Assembly (NCBI GenBank): GCA_963765765.1
Contig: CAVXYC010000030.1
Coordinates: 192,001-256,000, forward strand
DNA: 64,000 bases
Direction of reading: 5' to 3'
Source: an uncultured Chloroflexia bacterium
GTDB lineage: Bacteria > Chloroflexota > UBA6077 > JACCZL01
Part shown: piece after piece, positions 58,795-64,000 of the stretch
How the letters are laid out: each line of letters starts with the position of its first letter
Position numbering within the stretch: position 1 is the first letter of the stretch
Notes under the pieces: generated by a model
The model's input: the letters and a program-made list of their open reading frames with translations, nothing else
Database searches by the model: none
What the model was told of the DNA's origin: nothing
Translations under genes and position numbers: made by a program

Positions 58795-59951
58795 ATGCAA
58801 CAAAGTGTGATCGACAATCCATCAGAAACTTCAACACGACAACCCCTGCCTTCGCGGCCGTCGGTTCGTCGGAGTATGGCAGCCGTGGTTGCGGCTGGGG
58901 CCCTGGCACTTGGGCTAGTGGTGGGCACCGGCGGAGGGATCTTCTTCAGATTCCCGGCGCCGCCGTTCCAGCCCAGGCCCAGGCTACGAGTAACCCAAGC
59001 AGTGGCGCGATTGATCTCGAGCGGGCGCAGGTTGTGACCGCGGAGCGAGTGGGACCCGCTGTGGTGAGCATTCGCACCGATCAGGGTCTTGGATCAGGCG
59101 TCATCTATGACGGCGGCGGGCTGATCCTTACTAACGCCCACGTAGTGCAAGGCTCTCGAACGATAGCCGTTCGTCTGTCCGACGGGCGCCGCCTGGATGG
59201 TCGCGTGCTTGGCCAGGATGTCGGTTTCGACCTGGCGGTGGTGAAGGTGGATGCCACAGGGCTTCCAACCGCGCCGCTGGGCGACTCGTCCGCATTGAAG
59301 GTCGGTCAGTTCGTGGTAGCAATCGGCAATCCATACGGGTTGGATTCGACTGTGACGACCGGTGTTGTGTCGGCTCTGAATCGGCCGATCTCCGAGGGAC
59401 AGCAGAGCTATGCGCAACCGATGATCCAGACGAATGCCGCGATCAATCCTGGAAACTCCGGCGGTCCGCTGGTGGATCTCCAGGGCAACATCATTGGCAT
59501 CAATACGCTCGTCGCGGCTCCACAGGGTTATCCTGCTCAGGGCCTCGGCTTCGCGGTGCCGGTAGACACAGCGAAACGAGTCGCCCCGCAGCTCGCCCAG
59601 AGTGGCAAGGTGACCCAGAGCGGCCAGCCGTATCTCGGTGTCTCGGTTGGTGATGCGGGACCCACACCGCAGGCTTCTGTGCGCAACGGCCGAACGCCTG
59701 CGCCAGCGGCGGACGCGACGCAGGGCGCGCGGCTCCAGCGTGTGGAGCCGAATGGACCCGCTGCTAACGGTGGATTGAAGGACGGCGACATCGTCACCAA
59801 GTTCGACGGCAAATCCGTGTACAGTGGCGACGACTTCCTTCAGAACCTGGTGCTGAAACGGCCTGGAGACAAGGTCACTGTGGAAGCCAACCGCGGCGGT
59901 CAGACGGCCTCGTACACAATCACGATTGGAGAAGCACCGGCCAGATCATAG
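58795..59951 (+). CDS. HtrA/DegP-like serine protease with PDZ domain; frameshift near 58950
   Basis: TM anchor, GSGVI, TNAHVV, DLAVVK, AINPGNSGGPL, PDZ. GGAGGA precedes ATG 58795. Confidence 0.93.
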
Positions 59952-60029
59952 AGGAGCCCTTCCTTTCTGACCCCGCAAGCGCATTTACCAAGCACGGAGC
60001 CCTCTTCGCACGACGATGAGAGCTCCGTG

Positions 60030-60566
60030 CTACGTTTGCGGAGTGTGTGGGGGCGGTGCGAGCTGCTCCAGCAGCTCAATTTGGCGATGCTGGAATGAGA
60101 GCAGCTCTTCCCATTGCGCTTGCCGCAGAGCGTCGATCTTGGCATGCAGGTCCTCGATCTCCAGCTCGGCCTTCAAATTGACCTCGTAGTCATGCTCTGC
60201 CTCAAGACGATCCTTGGCCGCCTGCCGATTCTGGCTCATCATGATGATAGGAGCCGCGTAGGCTGCCTGGAAGCTGAGCGCCAGGTTCAGCAAAATGAAC
60301 GGATATGGGTCCCACTGTCTGACCCAGCCAGTCACATTGAGACCTACCCACACCACCAGAATCGACGATTGAACGATGATGAAGCGCCAGCTTCCCATGA
60401 TCGCGGCAAAGCGATCGGCGATGCGCTCACCAGTGGTGATCTGCTGAGCATGATGGATGGCGACATTCTGAGCGACGCGACGACCTCGCAGTCGCAGCAG
60501 CATGTCGGTTTCCGCCGCGTTGAGGCGTTCCAGTCGATCTCGTATCCCCGCGGCTTGAGCGTGCAT
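60030..60566 (-). CDS. DUF1003 membrane protein
   Basis: GERIAD...GSWRFI...WDPYPFILLNL..SFQAAYAAPIIMMSQNRQ. Confidence 0.93.
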   Translation of the reverse strand: MHAQAAGIRDRLERLNAAETDMLLRLRGRRVAQNVAIHHAQQITTGERIADRFAAIMGSWRFIIVQSSILVVWVGLNVTGWVRQWDPYPFILLNLALSFQAAYAAPIIMMSQNRQAAKDRLEAEHDYEVNLKAELEIEDLHAKIDALRQAQWEELLSFQHRQIELLEQLAPPPHTPQT

Positions 60567-60702
60567 TGAGTTGGAATACCTCCTGCAATCGGTGCGAGCA
60601 AGTAGGATGGTACTGACCAACGGCTAGTTGCAATGCAATTTCCTGAGAACCGAGTTGCCGCTACGCCGACGGGACGCCTGGACTCGGAGCCGGAATCAGC
60701 GC

Positions 60703-61926
60703 CTACCCTGGAACATCGGCCTGGATGAGCTGATCCAGCCGTTCAACGGCAGATCGAGGGGTTCCCATGAACTCGAGAATGAGCTCTTGGACACGCGATC
60801 CGGAGACTCCCTCGATCTCGAGCTTTAGCTGGTCGGCTTCGGAAAGAAATTCACGGTCACTCATGGTGGCTATGAACGCGGAGCGCATACCCTCGAGCGT
60901 CTGCGGCTCCATGGCCGGTGGGGCGGCGAATGACCGCGACCAGGTAAATGGCCGTTGGGCAAGCGCCAGCATCTGCCTCGCCTCGACGCTCTTGCCCTGC
61001 ATCAGGTCATCGGCAGTAGGCGCGCGTGCTGCCAGCGGGTCGGCGATTCGGCCGCCACCAACTTGGACTATCGGCACCAGGTTCCCTGCCTTGAGATCAT
61101 CGGCGCGGAGGACCATCAGTGAGCCCCATGAAATAATCATTCCGTCTACGTCACCACGATCCATTGCCAACAGCGATTCCGCGCTGGCGCCGAAGCCGAA
61201 CACCGGCTGAAGCTTCCAGCCCATCCCTTCACGGAGCACGATGTGGATGATGTGCGGGCCGCCGCCCGGGTCCGTGTGCGCTAGCTTGATTTGACGGTTT
61301 TCGAGCTGCGGCCCATCGGTGACGCCCGCCTGCTTGTGCAAAACCATGACCTGCGTCTCAACCGCGGCGCTTCCCAGGAACCCGAGTTTCGTCACGTCAT
61401 AGCGGACACCTTCCTCGGGCCCCTCGCCACGGAGCTGGTAGGTCGGAATTGAGCGTTCGATGAGACCGAACGTTAACCCGTCTGGGCGGGCCTGATAGAT
61501 GTAATTCGCGGCGATACGATGATTGCCGCCGGGCATGTTTTGCACGATGACATTGGGACTACCCGGCAGATGTCGGCCAATGTGTCGTGCCACGATCCGC
61601 GCCCACGTATCATTGCCGCCACCCGGATTCTGTCCCACCACGAGGCTCACCGTCTTGCCCTGCCACACCGAGGCCAGGGCCGGATCGGCCGTGGCGACAG
61701 CGGCTGCGGGAGACGGGGCAGGTGAAGCGGCGGGCGATGCGGCCGGCGCGGCAGCGGGGGATGCGGCCGGCTTGCTCGCGGGCGACTCGACAGGATTCGC
61801 GGGCACTGTTGTCGGCGCCACGGGCTTTGTAGTGCTGGTTTGTTGAGCCGGCGCGGGCCCGCAGGCGACCACTACCGCCACCAGTATCGACGACAGGCAT
61901 GAGAGCGTGTTGCGATTGATCATCAC
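60703..61926 (-). CDS. Bug/TctC tripartite tricarboxylate transporter substrate-binding lipoprotein
   Basis: VVAC lipobox, PAASP linker, PGGGNDTWARIVARH, VQNMPGG, PDGLT. Confidence 0.88.
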   Translation of the reverse strand: MMINRNTLSCLSSILVAVVVACGPAPAQQTSTTKPVAPTTVPANPVESPASKPAASPAAAPAASPAASPAPSPAAAVATADPALASVWQGKTVSLVVGQNPGGGNDTWARIVARHIGRHLPGSPNVIVQNMPGGNHRIAANYIYQARPDGLTFGLIERSIPTYQLRGEGPEEGVRYDVTKLGFLGSAAVETQVMVLHKQAGVTDGPQLENRQIKLAHTDPGGGPHIIHIVLREGMGWKLQPVFGFGASAESLLAMDRGDVDGMIISWGSLMVLRADDLKAGNLVPIVQVGGGRIADPLAARAPTADDLMQGKSVEARQMLALAQRPFTWSRSFAAPPAMEPQTLEGMRSAFIATMSDREFLSEADQLKLEIEGVSGSRVQELILEFMGTPRSAVERLDQLIQADVPG

Positions 61927-61973
61927 GGACTGCTCCTCTGTGTGGCGGACGTCTTCGCATCCTCGACTTCGGC

Positions 61974-62002
61974 ACGATAGGCCGATCGCCGCATGACGTC
62001 AA
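61974..62002 (-). promoter_or_regulatory. Sigma70-type promoter for the TctC gene
   Basis: Minus strand TTGACG-N17-TATCGT. Confidence 0.6.
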
Positions 62003-62017
62003 TTTCGGATGATCGCG

Positions 62018-62046
62018 TTGACATCAACCTGGTCGCCGGATAGTGT
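62018..62046 (+). promoter_or_regulatory. Sigma70-type promoter for the isochorismatase gene
   Basis: TTGACA-N17-TAGTGT. Confidence 0.65.
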
Positions 62047-62093
62047 GCAAGACTCTGGCGGCTCACGGAAGCTCGTTTTCTCAGGAGGCATCA

Positions 62094-62735
62094 ATGCGGT
62101 CAGCGGAATTTCCGATCATCCCCAGCAAGACGGCAATGCTCTTCTTCGACACGCTCAATGGCGGGCTTCACCCGAAAGACCCGGCGGTGCAGGAGGTCCT
62201 GGATGCATCGGGGTACATTGCTCGCTTGCAGAAGATCAATCGCGCCTGCCGGGAAGCTGGGATTACGATTTTTTACACCCGGCCAGAGCACCGGCCGGAT
62301 TTGAAGGACTGGCCGCGGACAATCGTTGACCTTGGCCACCATGGCGAACCGGGGAGTGGGCCGCGATGGTCCGCCGATCCGGGCTCGGTAGCGGGTAGCT
62401 GGGAAGCGCAGGTCATCGAGGAGATCGAGCCACGCCCTCAGGACTACGTGATCATCAAGCATCGCTGGAGCTCGTTCTACCAGACCCATCTGGAGCTGAG
62501 CCTGCGCACGGCCGGCATCGACACCGTCATGTTGGCCGGCGGTGCCACTGAGGTGGGCATCGCCAGCACAGCCTATTCGGTACGTGACTGTGGCCTTAAC
62601 CTGATTGTCCTGCGTGATGCCTGCCGGTCACCAAAGGAGGGCGTAAACGACTTCTTCATGGACCGAGTTTTCCCGATCTTTGCCCGTGTGAGAACGGTGG
62701 ACCAGGCGATCGCGATGATGGAGAAGAGCGCGTAG
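62094..62735 (+). CDS. Isochorismatase-family hydrolase
   Basis: TAMLFFD, IIKHRWSSFYQTHLELSLR, GGATEVGIAST (Gly at the usual Cys position), VLRDAC. Confidence 0.9.
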   Translation: MRSAEFPIIPSKTAMLFFDTLNGGLHPKDPAVQEVLDASGYIARLQKINRACREAGITIFYTRPEHRPDLKDWPRTIVDLGHHGEPGSGPRWSADPGSVAGSWEAQVIEEIEPRPQDYVIIKHRWSSFYQTHLELSLRTAGIDTVMLAGGATEVGIASTAYSVRDCGLNLIVLRDACRSPKEGVNDFFMDRVFPIFARVRTVDQAIAMMEKSA

Positions 62736-62769
62736 AGCGCACTCTTGAGATTCCTGCCATTTAAGCGCG

Positions 62770-63711
62770 CTACGCGTTTAGCGCGCCACGCAGGAAGAAG
62801 AGTAGATTCGCGGGCCGCTCGGCGAGCCGACGCATCAGGTATGGATACCACTCGGATCCGTATGGCACGTAGACGGTGACGCGGTCTCCGGTGGTCACCA
62901 GGCGCTCCTGGATGTCGCGACGAATGCCCAGCAGCATCTCGAAAGAGTATCGATCGATGGAGATCGAATTCTGGCGGGCGTAGCGCATGGCGGTGCGGAT
63001 CAAACGCGGATCATGCGTGGCAAGAGCCGGATGGTCACCATCGCTGAGCAGACGCAGCATCTGGCGCGCGTAGGCTCGATCCACATCGCGTTTCTCGGGG
63101 TATGCCACGGCCGGACTTTCGCTATATGCGCCCTTGCATAATCGAACCCCGATGCCCAGAGCGTTCATCTCCGCGACATCGTGGTCGGTGCGATAGAGGT
63201 ACGACTGCAACACCACACCGAGATTGTCGAATCCCTCAGCTCGAAGCGTGCACGCAATGTCGAGCGTGCGATCAGTCGTCGAGGAGTCTTCCATGTCCAA
63301 ACGCACGTATGAGCCATGCCGCTTTGCCAGGATCAGAAGGTCCCGCACATTTCGGGTACAGAGCTCCGCATCAAGCTGCAAACCGACCTGACTCGGTTTT
63401 ACGGAGCAATAGGCGCGCAATCTGCGTGCTGCGACGGCGTCTATTGCGTCCGCGTAAGCTCGCGTCGCGGTGGCGGCCTCTTCGGCAGAAGTCGTGTGCT
63501 CGCCCAGGAAGTTGAGCGCGGCCCCGCATCCGCCGCGGTTGAGCTGCTCCACCGTGTTGAGCGCATCGTCCAGGCTCGAGCCGGCGACAAAGCGACCGGC
63601 GAGGCGCCTCGCCAGGGTCCATTCAGTGGCTACATGCTTCATCTCAGGGGATGAAGACAATTGGAGGAGAAGACTACGCAATACGCTTGGAGCCTTCCCC
63701 AAGACGCTCAC
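62770..63711 (-). CDS. Monofunctional proline dehydrogenase
   Basis: RFVAG, SVKPSQ, RLDME, VLQSYLYRT, RLCKGAY, ATHD, FEMLLGIR, YVPYG..WYPYLMRRLAERP. Confidence 0.95.
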   Translation of the reverse strand: MSVLGKAPSVLRSLLLQLSSSPEMKHVATEWTLARRLAGRFVAGSSLDDALNTVEQLNRGGCGAALNFLGEHTTSAEEAATATRAYADAIDAVAARRLRAYCSVKPSQVGLQLDAELCTRNVRDLLILAKRHGSYVRLDMEDSSTTDRTLDIACTLRAEGFDNLGVVLQSYLYRTDHDVAEMNALGIGVRLCKGAYSESPAVAYPEKRDVDRAYARQMLRLLSDGDHPALATHDPRLIRTAMRYARQNSISIDRYSFEMLLGIRRDIQERLVTTGDRVTVYVPYGSEWYPYLMRRLAERPANLLFFLRGALNA

Positions 63712-64000
63712 ACTTCGCCTTCCTGCGCGGTTGATCCCTGGCGACGTGGGTCCGCGGCAGCGGTGAGGTTTCCGGTGGCCCAATCAACCATGATGGATTG
63801 CACGTTACCAATGGTGCGAGCTTCAGGCGCGATCTCGTGCCCACGCTCGCGCAAAGCATGGAGAAGCTGAGTATCGGTGCCTTCTTCCCAGGTGATACGT
63901 CGCCCGGGGCCAGCGTAGAGTCTCGGTGCCGCAATCGCCTCCTCCAGTGATTGGCCAGCGTCCAGGATGCGGCTGAGCACCTGCAGGATCGTGGGCACAA
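63708..64000 (-). CDS. Gamma-glutamyltransferase, C-terminal end (5'-partial)
   Basis: ILQVL...SLEEAIAAPR...LRERGH...VQSI...AAADPRR. Confidence 0.85.
   Translation of the reverse strand, partial: VPTILQVLSRILDAGQSLEEAIAAPRLYAGPGRRITWEEGTDTQLLHALRERGHEIAPEARTIGNVQSIMVDWATGNLTAAADPRRQGSTAQEGEV

Noticed and set aside
1-64000. About 15 frameshifted genes as programmed frameshifting, phase variation or mass pseudogenisation
   Set aside because: The shifts are scattered 1-nt indels in otherwise intact genes of all kinds, with no shared slippery motif or long repeat tract. Long-read consensus error is the simpler explanation.

Overview
A GC-rich bacterial chromosomal window, most likely Chloroflexota. 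This is inferred from lipoproteins with long PAASPAASP linkers, many solute-binding proteins, an F420-dependent Ddn-type enzyme and no outer-membrane genes. About 15 otherwise intact genes carry 1-nt frameshifts, consistent with an unpolished long-read or metagenome assembly. Content: aromatic/heterocycle catabolic and transport genes (Rieske oxygenase fragment, two amidohydrolases including a LigJ-like one, hydantoinase/oxoprolinase A+B with a NitT/TauT ABC system, TctC); two loci of GT-C (PMT/ArnT-like) membrane glycosyltransferases; housekeeping genes (hflX, ispH, udgB-type UDG, rsgA, nnrD, proline dehydrogenase); a GmhB-GT9 fusion; and an OmpR-type two-component system with HtrA. I saw no rRNA, tRNA, CRISPR array, transposase or integrase. 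The main non-gene signals are four families of REP-like palindromic doublets (some copies read in frame inside proteins, some bracketing genes), two deletion junctions that fuse unrelated gene halves (one with an 8-nt microhomology), a structured leader before rsgA, and several apparently leaderless genes. No single novel system is proven. The best candidates are the in-frame palindromic element and the GT-C array with possible lipoprotein-linker acceptors.
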